64,000 nucleotides of DNA from Squalus acanthias (lineage: Eukaryota). The stretch is taken from assembly GCA_030390025.1 (NCBI GenBank), contig JASTWF010000348.1, positions 434,001 through 498,000 on the forward strand, read 5' to 3'. The translations under genes were made by a program, and so were the position numbers. The notes under the pieces are model-generated. The model ran no database searches. It was not told the origin of the DNA and was given only the letters and a program-made list of their open reading frames with translations. Shown here piece after piece: positions 21,560 through 36,500 of the stretch. Numbering within the stretch: position 1 is the stretch's first letter; every line of letters starts with the position of its first letter.

Positions 21560-24500
21560 CATACCCCAGCGAGAGTCAGAACTCATGGGACCTGTACCCC
21601 TGTGGGAGTCGAACCCATGGGACCTGAACCCCTGTGAGAGTCAGTGCCTGTGGGACCCGTTTCCCAGCCAGAGTCAGTGCCTGCGGGACCAGTACCCCAG
21701 TGGGAGTCGATCCAATGGGACCTGTACCCATGTGAGAGTCAGTGCCCGTGGGACCCGTACCCCAGTCAGACTCAGTGCCTGTGGGATCCTATACAGTGAG
21801 AGTCAGTGCCTGTGGGATCCTATCCCTGTGAGAGTCAGTGCCCGTGGGACCCGGTCACCAGCCAGAGTCAGTGCCCGTGGGACGGTACCCCAGTGAAGAG
21901 TCAGTGGGCATGGGACGCCAAACCAAAGTGAGGGGCAGTGGCTGTGGGACCCATACCCAAGTGAGAGTCAGAAAACATGGGGCCCTATCCCAGTGAGAGT
22001 CAGTGCCTGTGGGATCCTATCCCAGTGAGAGTCAGTGTCTGTGGGACTCTATCCCAGTGAGAGTCAGTGTCTGTGGGACTCTATCCCACTGAGAGTCAGT
22101 GCCTGTGGGATCCTATCCCAGTGAGAGTCAGTGCCTGTGGGACTCTATCCCAGTGAGAGTCAGTGTCTGTGGGATTCTATCCCAGTGAGAGTCAGTGTCT
22201 GTGGGATTCTATCCCAGTGAGAGTCAGTGTCTGTGGGATCCTATCCCAGTGAGAGTCAGTGTCTGTGGGACTCTATCCCAGTGAGAGTCAGTGTCTGTGG
22301 GACTCTATCCCTGTGAGAGTCAGTGTCTGTGGGACTCTATCCCAGTGAGAGTCAGTGTCTGTGGGACTCTATCCCAGTGAGAGTCAGTGTCTGTGGAACT
22401 CGATCCCAGTGAGAGTCAGTGTCTGTGGGACTCTATCCTAGTGAGAGTCAGTGCCAGTGGGACTCTATCCCAGTGAGAGTCAGTGTCTGTGGGTCTCTAT
22501 CCCAGTGAGAGTCAGTGTCTGTGGGATCCTATCCCAGTGAGAGTCAGTGTCTGTGGGACTCTATCCCAGTGAGAGTCAGTGTCTGTGGGACTCTATCCCA
22601 GTGAGAGTCAGTGTCTGTGGGACTCTATCCCAGTGAGAGTCAGTGTCTGTGGGACTCTATCCCAGTGAGAGTCAGTGTCTGTGGGACTCTATCCCAGTGA
22701 GAGTCAGTGCCTGTGGGACTCTATCCCAGTGAGAGTCAGTGTCTGTGGAACTCTATCCCAGTGAGAGTCAGTGTCTGTGGGATCCTATCCCAGTGAAAGT
22801 CAGTGTCTGTGGGATCCTATCCCAGTGAGAGTCAGTGTCTGTGGGATCCTATCCCAGTGAGAGTCAGTGTCTGTGGGATCCTATCCCAGTGAGAGTCAGT
22901 GTCTGTGGGACTCTATCCCAGTGAGACTCAGTGTCTGTGTGACTCTATCCCAGTGAGAGTCAGTGTCTGTGGGACTCTATCCCAGTGAGACTCAGTGTCT
23001 GTGGGACTCTATCCCAGTGAGAGTCAGTGTCAGTGGGATCCTATCCCAGTGAGATTCAGTGTCTGTGGGACTCTATCCCAGTGAGAGTCAGTGTCTGTGG
23101 GATCCTATCCCAGTGAGAGTCAGTGTCTGTGGGACTCTATCCCAGTGAGAGTCAGTGTCTGTGGGACTCTATCCCAGTGAGAGTCAGTGCCTGTGGGACT
23201 CTATCCCAGTGAGAGTCAGTGTCTGTGGGACTCTATCCCAGTGAGAGTCAGTGTCTGTGGGACTCTATCCCAGTGAGAGTCAGTGTCTGTGGGACTCTAT
23301 CCCCGTGAGAGTCAGTGTCTGTGGGATCCTATCCCAGTGAGAGTCAGTGTCTGTGGGATCCTATCCCAGTGAGAGTCAGTGTCTGTGGGATCCTATCCCA
23401 GTGAGAGTCAGTGTCTGTGGGACTCTATCCCAGTGAGAGTCAGTGTCTGTGGGACTCTATCCCAGTGAGAGTCAGTGCCTGGGGGACTCTATCCCAGTGA
23501 GAGTCAGTGTCTGTGGGACTCTATCCCAGTGAGAGTCAGTGTCTGTGGGACTCTATCCCAGTGAGTGTCAGTGTCTGTGGGACTCTATCCCACTGAGAGA
23601 CAGTTTCTGTGGTACTCTATCCCAGTGAGAGTCAGTGTCTGTGGGATCCTATCCCAGTGAGAGTCAGTGTCTGTGGGACTCTATCCCAGTGAGAGTCAGT
23701 GTCTGTGGGACTCTGTACCAGTGAGAGTCAGTGTCTGTGGGACTCTATCCCAGTGAGAGTCAGTGTCTGTGGGACTCTATCCCAGTGAGAGTCAGTGTCT
23801 GTGGGATCCTATCCCAGTGAGAGTCAGTGTCTGTGGGACTCTATCCCAGTGAGAGTCAGTGTCGGTGGGATCCTATCCCAGTGAGAGTCAGTGTCTGTGG
23901 GATCCTATCCCAGTGAGAGTCAGTGTCTGTGGGATCCTATCCCAGTGAGAGTCAGTGTCTGTGGGATCCTATCCCAGTGAGAGTCAGTGGCTGTGGGACT
24001 CTATCCCAGTGAGAGTCAGTGTCTGTGGGATCCTATCCCAGTGAGAGTCAGTGTCTGTGGGAGCCTATCCCAGTGAGAGTCAGTGTCTGTGCGACTCTAT
24101 CCCAGTGAGAGTCAGTGTCTGTGGGATCCTATCCCAGTGAGAGTCAGTGTCTGTGGGACTCTATCCCAGTGAGAGTCAGTGTCTGTGGGATCCTATCCCA
24201 GTGAGAGTCAGTGTCTGTGGGAGCCTATCCCAGTGAGAGTCAGTGTCCGTGGGACTCTATCCCAGTGAGAGTCAGTGTCTAAGGGACTCTATCCCAGTGA
24301 GAGTCAGTGACTGTGGGATCATATCCCAGTGAGAGTCAGTGTCTGTGGAATCCTATCCCAGTGAGAGTCAGTGTCTGTGGGATCCTATCCCAGTGAGAGT
24401 CAGTGTCTGTGGGACTCTATCCCAGTGAGACTCAGTGTCTGTGGGACTCTATCCCAGTGAGAGTCAGTGTCTGTGGGACTCTATCCCAGTGAGACTCAGT

Positions 24501-27500
24501 GTCTGTGGGACTCTATCCCAGTGAGAGTCAGTGTCTGTGGGATCCTATCCCAGTGAGACTCAGTGTCTGTGGGACTCTATCCCAGTGAGAGTCAGTGTCT
24601 GTGGGACTCTATCCCAGTGAGACTCAGTGTCTGTGGAACTCTATCCCAGTGAGAGTCAGTGTCTGTGGGATCCTATCCCAGTGAGAGTCAGTGTCTGTGG
24701 GATCCTATCCCAGTGAGAGTCAGTGTCTGTGGGATCCTATCCCAGTGAGAGTCAGTGTCTGTGGGATCCTATCCCAGTGAGAGTCAGTGTCTGTGGGACT
24801 CTATCCCAGTGAGACTCAGTGTCTGTGGGACTCTATCCCAGTGAGAGTCAGTGTCTGTGGGACTCTATCCCAGTGAGAGTCAGTGTCTGTGGGACTCTAT
24901 CCCAGTGAGAGTCAGTGTCTGTGGGACTCTATCCCAGTGAGAGTCAGTGTCTGTGGGACTCTATCCCAGTGAGAGTCAGTGTCTGTGGGACTCTATCCCA
25001 GTGAGAGTCAGTGTCTGTGGGACTCTATCCCAGTGAGAGTCAGTGTCTGTGGGACTCTATCCCAGTGAGAGTCAGTGTCTGTGGGATCCTATCCCAGTGA
25101 GAGTCAGTGTCTGTGGGACTCTATCCCAGTGAGAGTCAGTGTCTGTGGGATCCTATCCCAGTGAGAGTCAGTGTCTGTGGGACTCTATCCCAGTGAGAGT
25201 CAGTGTCTGTGGGACTCTATCCCAGTGAGAGTCAGTGCCTGTGGGACTCTATCCCAGTGAGAGTCAGTGTCTGTGGGACTCTATCCCAGTGAGAGTCAGT
25301 GTCTGTGGGACTCTATCCCAGTGAGAGTCAGTGTCTGTGGGACTCTATCCCCGTGAGAGTCAGTGTCTGTGGGATCCTATCCCAGTGAGAGTCAGTGTCT
25401 GTGGGATCCTATCCCAGTGAGAGTCAGTGTCTGTGGGATCCTATCCCAGTGAGAGTCAGTGTCTGTGGGACTCTATCCCAGTGAGAGTCAGTGTCTGTGG
25501 GACTCTATCCCAGTGAGAGTCAGTGCCTGGGGGACTCTATCCCAGTGAGAGTCAGTGTCTGTGGGACTCTATCCCAGTGAGTGTCAGTGTCTGTGGGACT
25601 CTATCCCACTGAGAGTCAGTTTCTGTGGTACTCTATCCCAGTGAGAGTCAGTGTCTGTGGGACTCTGTACCAGTGAGAGTCAGTGTCTGTGGGACTCTAT
25701 CCCAGTGAGAGTCAGTGTCTGTGGGACTCTATCCCAGTGAGAGTCAGTGTCTGTGGGATCCTATCCCAGTGAGAGTCAGTGTCTGTGGGACTCTATCCCA
25801 GTGAGAGTCAGTGTCTGTGGGATCCTATCCCAGTGAGAGTCAGTGGCTGTGGGATCCTATCCCAGTGAGAGTCAGTGTCTGTGGGATCCTATCCCAGTGA
25901 GAGTCAGTGTCTGTGGGATCCTATCCCAGTGAGAGTCAGTGGCTGTGGGACTCTATCCCAGTGAGAGTCAGTGTCTGTGGGATCCTATCCCAGTGAGAGT
26001 CAGTGTCTGTGGGAGCCTATCCCAGTGAGAGTCAGTGTCTGTGGGACTCTATCCCAGTGAGAGTCAGTGTCTGTGGGATCCTATCCCAGTGAGAGTCAGT
26101 GTCTGTGGGACTCTATCCCAGTGAGAGTCAGTGTCTGTGGGATCCTATCCCAGTGAGAGTCAGTGTCTGTGGGAGCCTATCCCAGTGAGAGTCAGTGTCC
26201 GTGGGACTCTATCCCAGTGAGAGTCAGTGTCTAAGGGACTCTATCCCAGTGAGGTCAGTGCCTGTGGGACTCTTTCCCAGTGAGAGTCAGTGACTGTGGG
26301 ATCATATCCCAGTGAGAGTCAGTGTCTGTGGAATCCTATCCCAGTGAGAGTCAGTGTCTGTGGGATCCTATCCCAGTGAGAGTCAGTGTCTGTGGGACTC
26401 TATCCCAGTGAGACTCAGTGTCTGTGGGACTCTATCCCAGTGAGAGTCAGTGTCTGTGGGACTCTATCCCAGTGAGACTCAGTGTCTGTGGGACTCTATC
26501 CCAGTGAGAGTCAGTGTCTGTGGGATCCTATCCCAGTGAGACTCAGTGTCTGTGGGACTCTATCCCAGTGAGAGTCAGTGTCTGTGGGACTCTATCCCAG
26601 TGAGAGTCAGTGTCTGTGGGATCCTATCCCAGTGAGACTCAGTGTCTGTGGGACTCTATCCCAGTGAGAGTCAGTGTCTGTGGGATCCTATCCCAGTGAG
26701 AGTCAGTGTCTGTGGGACTCTATCCCAGTGAGAGTCAGTGTCTGTGGGACTCTATCCCAGTGAGAGTCAGTGTCTGTTGGATCCTATCCCAGTGAGAGTC
26801 AGTGTCTGTGGGACTCTATCCCAGTGAGAGTCAGTGTCTATGGGATTCTACCCCAGTGAGAGTCAGTGTCTGTGGGACTCTATCCCAGTGACAGTCAGTG
26901 CCTGTGGGACTCTATCCCAGTGAGAGTCAGTTTCTGTGGTACTCTATCCCAGTGAGTGTCAGTGTCTGTGGGACTCTATCCCATTGAGAGTCAGTGTCTG
27001 TGGGACTCTATCCCAGTGAGAGTCAGTGTCTGTGGGACTCTATCCCAGTGAGAGTCAGTGTCTGTGGGATCCTATCCCAGTGAGAGTCAGTGTCTGTGGG
27101 ATCCTATCCCAGTGAGAGTCAGTGTCTGTGGGACTCTATCCCAGTGAGAGTCAGTGTCTGTGGGACTCTATCCCAGTGAGAGTCAGTGTCTGTGGGACTC
27201 TATCCCCATGAGAGTCAGTGTCTGTGGGATCCTATCCCAGTGAGAGTCAGTGTCTGTGGGATCCTATCCCAGTGAGAGTCAGTGTCTGTGGGATCCTATC
27301 CCAGTGAGAGTCAGTGTCTGTGGGACTCTATCCCAGTGAGAGTCAGTGTCTGTGGGATCCTATCCCAGTGAGGTCAGTGCCTGTGGGACTCTATCCCAGT
27401 GAGAGTCAGTGTCTGTGGGACTCTATCACAGTGAGACTCAGTGTCTGTGGGACTCTATCCCAGTGAGAGTCAGTGTCTGTGGGACTCTATCCCAGTGAGA

Positions 27501-30500
27501 GTCAGTGCCTGGGGGACTCTGTCCCAGTGAGAGTCAGTGTCTGTGGGACTCTATCCCAGTGAGAGTCAGTGTCTGTGGGACTCTATCCCAGTGAGTGTCA
27601 GTGTCTGTGGGACTCTATCCCAGTGAGAGTCAGTTTCTGTGGTACTCTATCCCAGTGAGAGTCAGTGTCTGTGGGACTCTGTACAAGTGAGAGTCAGTGT
27701 CTGTGGGACTCTATCCCAGTGAGAGTCAGTGTCTGTGGGACTCTATCCCAGTGAGAGTCAGTGTCTGTGGGATCCTATCCCAGTGAGAGTCAGTGTCTGT
27801 GGGATCCTATCCCAGTGAGAGTCAGTGTCTGTGGGATCCTATCCCAGTGAGAGTCAGTGGCTGTGGGATCCTATCCCAGTGAGAGTCAGTGTCTGTGGGA
27901 TCCTTTCCCAGTGAGAGTCAGTGTCTGTGGGATCCTATCCCAGTGAGAGTCAGTGGCTGTGGGACTCTATCCCAGTGAGTGTCAGTGTCTGTGGGATCCT
28001 ATCCCAGTGAGAGTCAGTGTCTGTGGGAGCCTATCCCAGTGAGAGTCAGTGTCTGTGGGACTCTATCCCAGTGAGAGTCAGTGTCTGTGGGATCATATCC
28101 CAGTGAGAGTCAGTGTCTGTGGGACTCTATCCCAGTGAGAGTCAGTGTCTGTGGGATCCTATCCCAGTGAGAGTCAGTGTCTGTGGGAGCCTATCCCAGT
28201 GAGAGTCAGTGTCTGTGGGACTCTATCCCAGTGAGAGCCAGCGTCTGTGGGACTCTATCCCAGTGAGACTCAGTGTCTGTGGGACTCTATCCCAGTGAGA
28301 GTCAGTGTCTGTGGGACTCTATCCCAGTGAGAGTCAGTGTCTATGGGATTCTATCCCAGTGAGAGTCAGTGTCCGTGGGACTCTATCGCAGTGAGAGTCA
28401 GTGTCTGTGGGACTCTATCTCAGTGAGGTCAGTGCCTGTGGGACTCTATCCCAGTGAGAGTCAGTGACTGTGGGATCCTATCCCAGTGAGAGTCAGTGTC
28501 TGTGGGAGCATATCCCAGTGAGAGTCAGTGTCTGTGGGACTCTATCCCAGTGAGAGTCAGTGTCTGTGGGATCCTATCCCAGTGAGAGTCAGTGTCTGTG
28601 GGACTTTATCCCAGTGAGAGTCAGTGTCTGTGGGATCCTATCCCAGTGAGAGTCAGTGGCTGTGGGATCCTATCCCAGTGAGAGTCAGTGTCTGTGGGAT
28701 CCTATCCCAGTGAGAGTCACTGTCTGTGGGATCCTATCCCAGTGAGAGTCAGTGTCTGTGGGATCCTATCCCAGTGAGAGTCAGTGTCTGTGGGACTCTA
28801 TCCCAGTGAGACTCAGTGCCTGGGGGACTCTATCCCAGTGAGAGTCAGTGTCTGTGGGACTCTATCCCAGTGAGACTCAGTGTCTGTGGACTCTATCCCA
28901 GTGAGAGTCAGTGTCTGTGGGATCCTATCCCAGTGAGACTCAGTGTCTGTGGGACTCTATCCCAGTGAGAGTCAGTGTCTGTGGGATCCTATACCAGTGA
29001 GAGTCAGTGTCTGTGGGACTCTATCCCAGTGAGAGTCAGTGTCTGTGGGACTCTATCCCAGTGAGAGTCAGTGTCTGTGGGATCCTATCCCAGTGAGAGT
29101 CAGTGTCTGTGGGACTCTACCTCAGTGAGAGTCAGTGTCTGTGGGACTCTATCCCATTGAGAGGCAGTGTCTGTGGGATCCAATCCCAGTGAGAGTCAGT
29201 GTCTGTGGGACTCTATCCCAGTGAGAGTCAGTGTCTGTGGGACTCTATCCCAGTGAGAGTCAGTGTCTGTGGGACTCTATCCCAGTGAGAGTCAGTGTCT
29301 GTGGGACTCTATCCCAGTGAGAGTCAGTGTCTGTGGGACTCTATCCCAGTGAGAGTCAGTGTCTGTGGGACTCTATCCCAGTGAGAGTCAGTGTCTGTGG
29401 GACTCTATCCCAGTGAGAGTCAGTGTCTGTGGGACTCTATCCAAGTGAGAGTCAGTGTCTGTGGGACTCTATCCCAGTGAGAGTCAGTGTCTGTGGGACT
29501 CTATCCCAGTGAGAGTCAGTGTCTGTGGGATCCTATCCCAGTGAGAGTCAGTGTCTGTGGGATCCTATCCCAGTGAGAGTCAGTGTCTGTGGGATCCTAT
29601 CCCAGTGAGAGTCAGTGTCTGTGGGATCTATCCCAGTGAGAGTCAGTGTCTGTGGGACTCTATCCCAGTGAGAGTCAGTGTCTGTGGGACTCTATCCCAG
29701 TGAGAGTCAGTGTCTGTGGGATCCTATCCCAGTGAGAGTCAGTGTCTGTGGGACCTATCCCAGTGAGAGTCAGTGTCTGTGGGACTCTATCCCAGTGAGA
29801 GTCAGTGTCTGTGGGACTCTATCCCAGTGAGAGTCAGTGTCTGTGGGACTCTATCCCAGTGAGAGTCAGTGTCTGTGGGACTCTATCCCAGTGAGAGTCA
29901 GTGTCTGTGGGACTCTATCCCAGTGAGAGTCAGTGTCTGTGGGACTCTATCCCAGTGAGAGTCAGTGTCTGTGGGACTCTATCCCAGTGAGAGTCAGTGT
30001 CTGTGGGACTCTATCCCAGTGAGAGTCAGTGTCTGTGGGACTCTATCCCAGTGAGAGTCAGTGTCTGTGGGACTCTATCCCAGTGAGAGTCAGTGTCTGT
30101 GGGACTCTATCCCAGTGAGAGTCAGTGTCTGTGGGATCCTATCCCAGTGAGAGTCAGTGTCTGTGGGACTCTATCCCAGTGAGAGTCAGTGTCTGTGGGA
30201 TCCTATCCCAGTGAGAGTCAGTGTCTGTGGGACTCCTATCCCAGTGAGAGTCAGTGTCTGTGGACTCTATCCCAGTGAGAGTCAGTGTCTGTGGGATCCT
30301 ATCCCAGTGAGAGTCAGTGTCTGTGGGATCTATCCCAGTGAGAGGCATGTCTGTGGGATCTATCCCAGTGAGAGTCAGTGTCTGGGGGACTCTAGCCAGT
30401 GAGAGTCATGTCTAGTGGGACTCTATCCAGTGAGTCATGTTGGACCCAGTGAGAGTCATGTCTGTGGATCCTATCCCAGTGAGACTCAGTGCATGTGGGA

Positions 30501-33500
30501 CTCTATCGCCAGTGAGGGAGTCAGTGTCTGTGGGACTCTATCCCAGTGAGAGTCAGTGTCCTGTTGGGATCTTCTATCCAGTGAGGAGTCAGTGTCTGTG
30601 GGACTCTATCCCAGTGAGAGTCAGTGTCTGGTGGGACTCTATCCCAGTGAGTGTCAGTGTCTGTGGGACTCTATCTCAGTGCGAGAGTCAGTGTCCTGTG
30701 GGCACGCTATCCTGTGAGAGGCATGTTGTCTGTGGGAAGCCTATCCTGTGAGAGTCAGTGTCTGGGGGACTCTATCCCAGTGAGAGTCGGTGTCTGTGGG
30801 ACTCTCTATCCCAGTGAGAGTCAGTGTCTTGAGGGGACTCTATCCCAGTGAGAGTCAGTTGTCTGTGGACTCTATCCCAGTGAGGAGTCAGTGTCTGTGG
30901 GACCTCTATCCCAGTGAGAGTCATGTCTGTGGGACTCTATCCCAGTGAGAGTCAGTGTCTGTGGGACTCTATCCCAGTGAGAGTCAGTGTCTGTGGGACT
31001 CTATCCCAGTGAGAGTCAGTGTCTGTGGGACTCTATCCCAGTGAGAGTCAGTGTCTGTGGGACTCTATCCAGTGAGAGTCAGTGTCTGTGGGACTCTATC
31101 CCAGTGAGAGTCAGTGTCTGTGGGACTCTATCCCAGTGAGAGTCAGTGTCTGTGGGATCCTATCCCAGTGAGAGTCAGTGTCTGTGGGATCCTATCCCAG
31201 TGAGAGTCAGTGTCTGTGGGATCCTATCCCAGTGAGAGTCAGTGTCTGTGGGATCCTATCCCAGTGAGAGTCAGTGTCTGTGGGACTCTATCCCAGTGAG
31301 AGTCAGTGTCTGTGGGATCCTATCCCAGTGAGAGTCAGTGTCTGTGGGACTCTATCCCAGTGAGAGTCAGTGTCTGTGGGACTCTATCCCAGTGAGAGTC
31401 AGTGTCTGTGGGATCCTATCCCAGTGAGAGTCAGTGTCTGTGGGACTCTATCCCAGTGAGAGTCAGTGTCTGTGGGATCCTATCCCAGTGAGAGTCAGTG
31501 TCTGTGGGATCCTATCCCAGTGAGAGTCAGTGTCTGTGGGACTCTATCCCAGTGAGAGTCAGTGTCTGTGGGACTCTATCCCAGTGAGAGTCAGTGTCTG
31601 TGGGACTCTATCCCAGTGAGAGTCAGTGTCTGTGGGACTCTATCCCAGTGAGAGTCAGTGTCTGTGGGACTCTATCCCAGTGAGAGTCAGTGTCTGTGGG
31701 ACTCTATCCCAGTGAGAGTCAGTGTCTGTGGGACTCTATCCCAGTGAGAGTCAGTGTCTGTGGGACTCTATCCCAGTGAGAGTCAGTGTCTGTGGGACTC
31801 TATCCCAGTGAGAGTCAGTGTCTGTGGGACTCTATCCCAGTGAGAGTCAGTGTCTGTGGGACTCTATCCCAGTGAGAGTCAGTGTCTGTGGGATCCTATC
31901 CCAGTGAGAGTCAGTGTCTGTGGGACTCTATCCCAGTGAGAGTCAGTGTCTGTGGATCCTATCCCAGTGAGAGTCAGTGTCTGTGGGATCCTATCCCAGT
32001 GAGAGTCAGTGTCTGTGGGATCCTATCCCAGTGAGAGTCAGTGTCTGTGGGACTCTATCCCAGTGAGAGTCAGTGTCTGTGGGATCCTATCCCAGTGAGA
32101 GTCAGTGTCTGTGGGACTCTATCCCAGTGAGAGTCAGTGTCTGTGGGACTCTATCCCAGTGAGAGTCAGTGTCTGTGGGACTCTATCCCAGTGAGAGTCA
32201 GTGTCTGTGGGACTCTATCCCAGTGAGAGTCAGTGTCTGTGGGACTCTATCCCAGTGAGAGTCAGTGTCTGTGGGACTCTATCCCAGTGAGAGTCAGTGT
32301 CTGTGGGACTCTATCCCAGTGAGAGTCAGTGTCTGTGGGACTCTATCCCAGTGAGAGTCAGTGTCTGTGGGATCCTATCCCAGTGAGAGTCAGTGTCTGT
32401 GGGACTCTATCCAGTGAGAGTCAGTGTCTGTGGGACTCTATCCCAGTGAGAGTCAGTGTCTGTGGGACTCTATCCCAGTGAGAGTCAGTGTCTGTGGGAC
32501 TCTATCCCAGTGAGAGTCAGTGTCTGTGGGACTCTATCCCAGTGAGAGTCAGTGTCTGTGGGACTCTATCCCAGTGAGAGTCAGTGTCTGTGGGACTCTA
32601 TCCCAGTGAGAGTCAGTGTCTGTGGGATCCTATCCCAGTGAGAGTCAGTGTCTGTGGGACTCTATCCCAGTGAGAGTCAGTGTCTGTGGGACTCTATCCC
32701 AGTGAGAGTCAGTGTCTGTGGGACTCTATCCCAGTGAGAGTCAGTGTCTGTGGGACTCTATCCCAGTGAGAGTCAGTGTCTGTGGGATCCTATCCCAGTG
32801 AGAGTCAGTGTCTGTGGGATCCTATCCCAGTGAGAGTCAGTGTCTGTGGGACTCTATCCCAGTGAGAGTCAGTGTCTGTGGGATCCTATCCCAGTGAGAG
32901 TCAGTGTCTGTGGGACTCTATCCCAGTGAGAGTCAGTGTCTGTGGGACTCTATCCCAGTGAGAGTCAGTGTCTGTGGGACTCTATCCCAGTGAGAGTCAG
33001 TGTCTGTGGGACTCTATCCAGTGAGAGTCAGTGTCTGTGGGATCCTATCCCAGTGAGAGTCAGTGTCTGTGGGACTCTATCCCAGTGAGAGTCAGTGTCT
33101 GTGGACTCTATCCAGTGAGAGTCAGTGTCTGTGGGATCCTATCCCAGTGAGAGTCAGTGTCTGTGGGATCTATCCCAGTGAGAGTCAGTGTCTGTGGGAC
33201 TCTATCCCAGTGAGAGTCAGTGTCTGTGGGACTCTATCCCAGTGAGAGTCAGTGTCTGTGGGACTCTATCCCAGTGAGAGTCAGTGTCTGTGGGACTCTA
33301 TCCCAGTGAGAGTCAGTGTCTGTGGGATCCTATCCCAGTGAGAGTCAGTGTCTGTGGGACTCTATCCAGTGAGAGTCAGTGTCTGTGGGACTCTATCCCA
33401 GTGAGAGTCAGTGTCTGTGGGACTCTATCCCAGTGAGAGTCAGTGTCTGTGGGACTCTATCCCAGTGAGAGTCAGTGTCTGTGGGACTCTATCCAGTGAG

Positions 33501-36500
33501 AGTCAGTGTCTGTGGGACTCTATCCCAGTGAGAGTCAGTGTCTGTGGGACTCTATCCAGGAGAGTCAGTGTCTGTGGGCTCTATCCAGTGAGAGTCAGTG
33601 TCTGTGGGACTCTATCCCAGTGAGAGTCAGTGTCTGTGGGATCCTATCCCAGTGAGAGTCAGTGTCTGTGGGGACTCTATCCCAGTGAGAGTCCAGTGTC
33701 TGTGGACTCTATCCCAGTGGAGACTCAGTGCTGTGGACTCTATCCCAGTGAGAGTGCAGTGCCTGTGGATCCTATCCCAGTGAAGTCAGTGTCTGTGGGA
33801 TCCAATCCCAGAGAGAGTCAGTGGTCTGTGGAATCTATCCAGTGAGAGTCAGTGTCTGTGGGCTCTATCCCCAGTGAGGAGTCAGTGTCGTGTGGGACTC
33901 TATCCCAGTGAGAGTCAGTGTCTGTGGACTCTATCCCAGTGAGAGTCAGTGTCTGTGGGACTCTATCCCAGTGAGAGTCAGTGTCTGTGGGACTCTATCC
34001 CAGTGAGAGTCAGTGTCCTGTGGGACTCTATCCCAGTGAGTGTCAGTGTCTGTGGGACTCTATCCCAGTGAGAGTCAGTGTCTGTGGGACTCTATCCCAG
34101 TGAGAGTCAGTGTCTGTGGGACTCTATCCCAGTGAGAGTCAGTGTCTGTGGGACTCTATCCCAGTGAGAGTCAGTGTCTGTGGGATCCTATCCCAGTGAG
34201 AGTCAGTGCCTGTGGGACTCTATCCGCAGTGAGAGTCAGTGTCTGTGGGACTCTATCCCAGTGAGAGTCAGTGTCTGTGGGACTCTATCCCAGTGAGAGT
34301 CAGTGTCTGTGGGATCCTATCCCAGTGAGAGTCAGTGTCTGTGGGACTCTATCCCAGTGAGAGTCAGTGTCTGTGGGACTCTATCCCAGTGAGAGTCAGT
34401 GTCTGTGGGACTCTATCCCAGTGAGAGTCAGTGTCTGTGGGACTCTATCCCAGTGAGAGTCAGTGTCTGTGGGACTCTATCCCAGTGAGAGTCAGTGTCT
34501 GTGGGATCCTATCCCAGTGAGAGTCAGTGTCTGTGGGACTCTATCCCAGTGAGAGTCAGTGTCTGTGGGATCCTATCCCAGTGAGAGTCAGTGTCTGTGG
34601 GACTCTATCCCAGTGAGAGTCAGTGTCTGTGGGACTCTATCCCAGTGAGAGTCAGTGTCTGTGGGACTCTATCCCAGTGAGAGTCAGTGTCTGTGGGACT
34701 CTATCCCAGTGAGAGTCAGTGTCTGTGGGACTCTATCCCAGTGAGAGTCAGTGTCTGTGGGAGCTCTATCCCAGTGAGAGTCAGTGTCTGTGGGACTCTA
34801 TCCCAGTGAGATCAGTGTCTGTGGGACTCTATCCCAGTGAGAGTCAGTGTCTGTGGGACTCTATCCCAGTGAGAGTCAGTGTCTGTGGGACTCTATCCCA
34901 GTGAGAGTCAGTGTCTGTGGGACTCTATCCCAGTGAGAGTCAGTGTCTGTGGGACTCTATCCCAGTGAGAGTCAGTGTCTGTGGGACTCTATCCCAGTGA
35001 GAGTCAGTGTCTGTGGGATCTCTATCCCAGTGAGAGTCAGTGTCTGTGGGACTCTATCCCAGTGAGAGTCAGTGTCTGTGGGACTCTATCCCAGTGAGAG
35101 TCAGTGTCTGTGGGACTCTATCCCAGTGAGAGTCAGTGTCTGTGGGACTCTATCCCAGTGAGAGTCAGTGTCTGTGGGATCTCTATCCCAGTGAGAGTCA
35201 GTGTCTGTGGGATCTATCCCAGTGAGAGTCAGTGTCTGTGGGATCCTATCCAGTGAGAGTCAGTGTCTGTGGGATCTCTATCCCAGTGAGAGTCAGTGGC
35301 TGTGGGACTCTATCCCAGTGAGAGTCAGTGTCTGTGGGATCCTATCCCAGTGAGAGTCAGTGTCTGTGGGAGCCTATCCCAGTGAGAGTCAGTGTCTGTG
35401 GGACTCTATCCCAGTGAGAGTCAGTGTCTGTGGGATCTATCCCAGTGAGAGTCAGTGTCTGTGGGACTCTATCCCAGTGAGAGTCAGTGTCTGTGGGATC
35501 CTATCCCAGTGAGAGTCAGTGTCTGTGGGATCCTATCCCAGTGAGAGTCAGTGTCTGTGGGACTCTATCCCAGTGAGAGTCAGTGTCTGTGGGACTCTAT
35601 CCCAGTGAGAGTCAGTGTCTGTGGGACTCTATCCCAGTGAGAGTCAGTGTCTGTGGGACTCTATCCCAGTGAGAGTCAGTGTCTGTGGGACTCTATCCCA
35701 GTGAGAGTCAGTGTCTGTGGGACTCTATCCCAGTGAGAGTCAGTGTCTGTGGGACTCTATCCCAGTGAGAGTCAGTGTCTGTGGGACTCTATCCCAGTGA
35801 GAGTCAGTGTCTGTGGGATCCTATCCCAGTGAGAGTCAGTGTCTGTGGGACTCTATCCCAGTGAGAGTCAGTGTCTGTGGGACTCTATCCCAGTGAGAGT
35901 CAGTGTCTGTGGGATCCTATCCCAGTGAGAGTCAGTGTCTGTGGGACTCTATCCCAGTGAGAGTCAGTGTCTGTGGGATCCTATCCCAGTGAGAGTCAGT
36001 GTCTGTGGGATCCTATCCCAGTGAGAGTCAGTGTCTGTGGGATCCTATCCCAGTGAGAGTCAGTGTCTGTGGGATCCTATCCCAGTGAGAGTCAGTGTCT
36101 GTGGGATCCTATCCCAGTGAGAGTCAGTGTCTGTGGGACTCTATCCCAGTGAGAGTCAGTGTCTGTGGGACTCTATCCCAGTGAGAGTCAGTGTCTGTGG
36201 GACTCTATCCCAGTGAGAGTCAGTGTCTGTGGGACTCTATCCCAGTGAGAGTCAGTGTCTGTGGGATCCTATCCCAGTGAGAGTCAGTGTCTGTGGGACT
36301 CTATCCCAGTGAGAGTCAGTGTCTGTGGGACTCTATCCCAGTGAGAGTCAGTGTCTGTGGGACTCTATCCCAGTGAGAGTCAGTGTCTGTGGGACTCTAT
36401 CCCAGTGAGAGTCAGTGTCTGTGTGATCCTATCCCAGTGAGAGTCAGTGTCTGTGGGACTCTATCGCAGTGAGAGTCAGTGTCTGTGGGACTCTATCCCA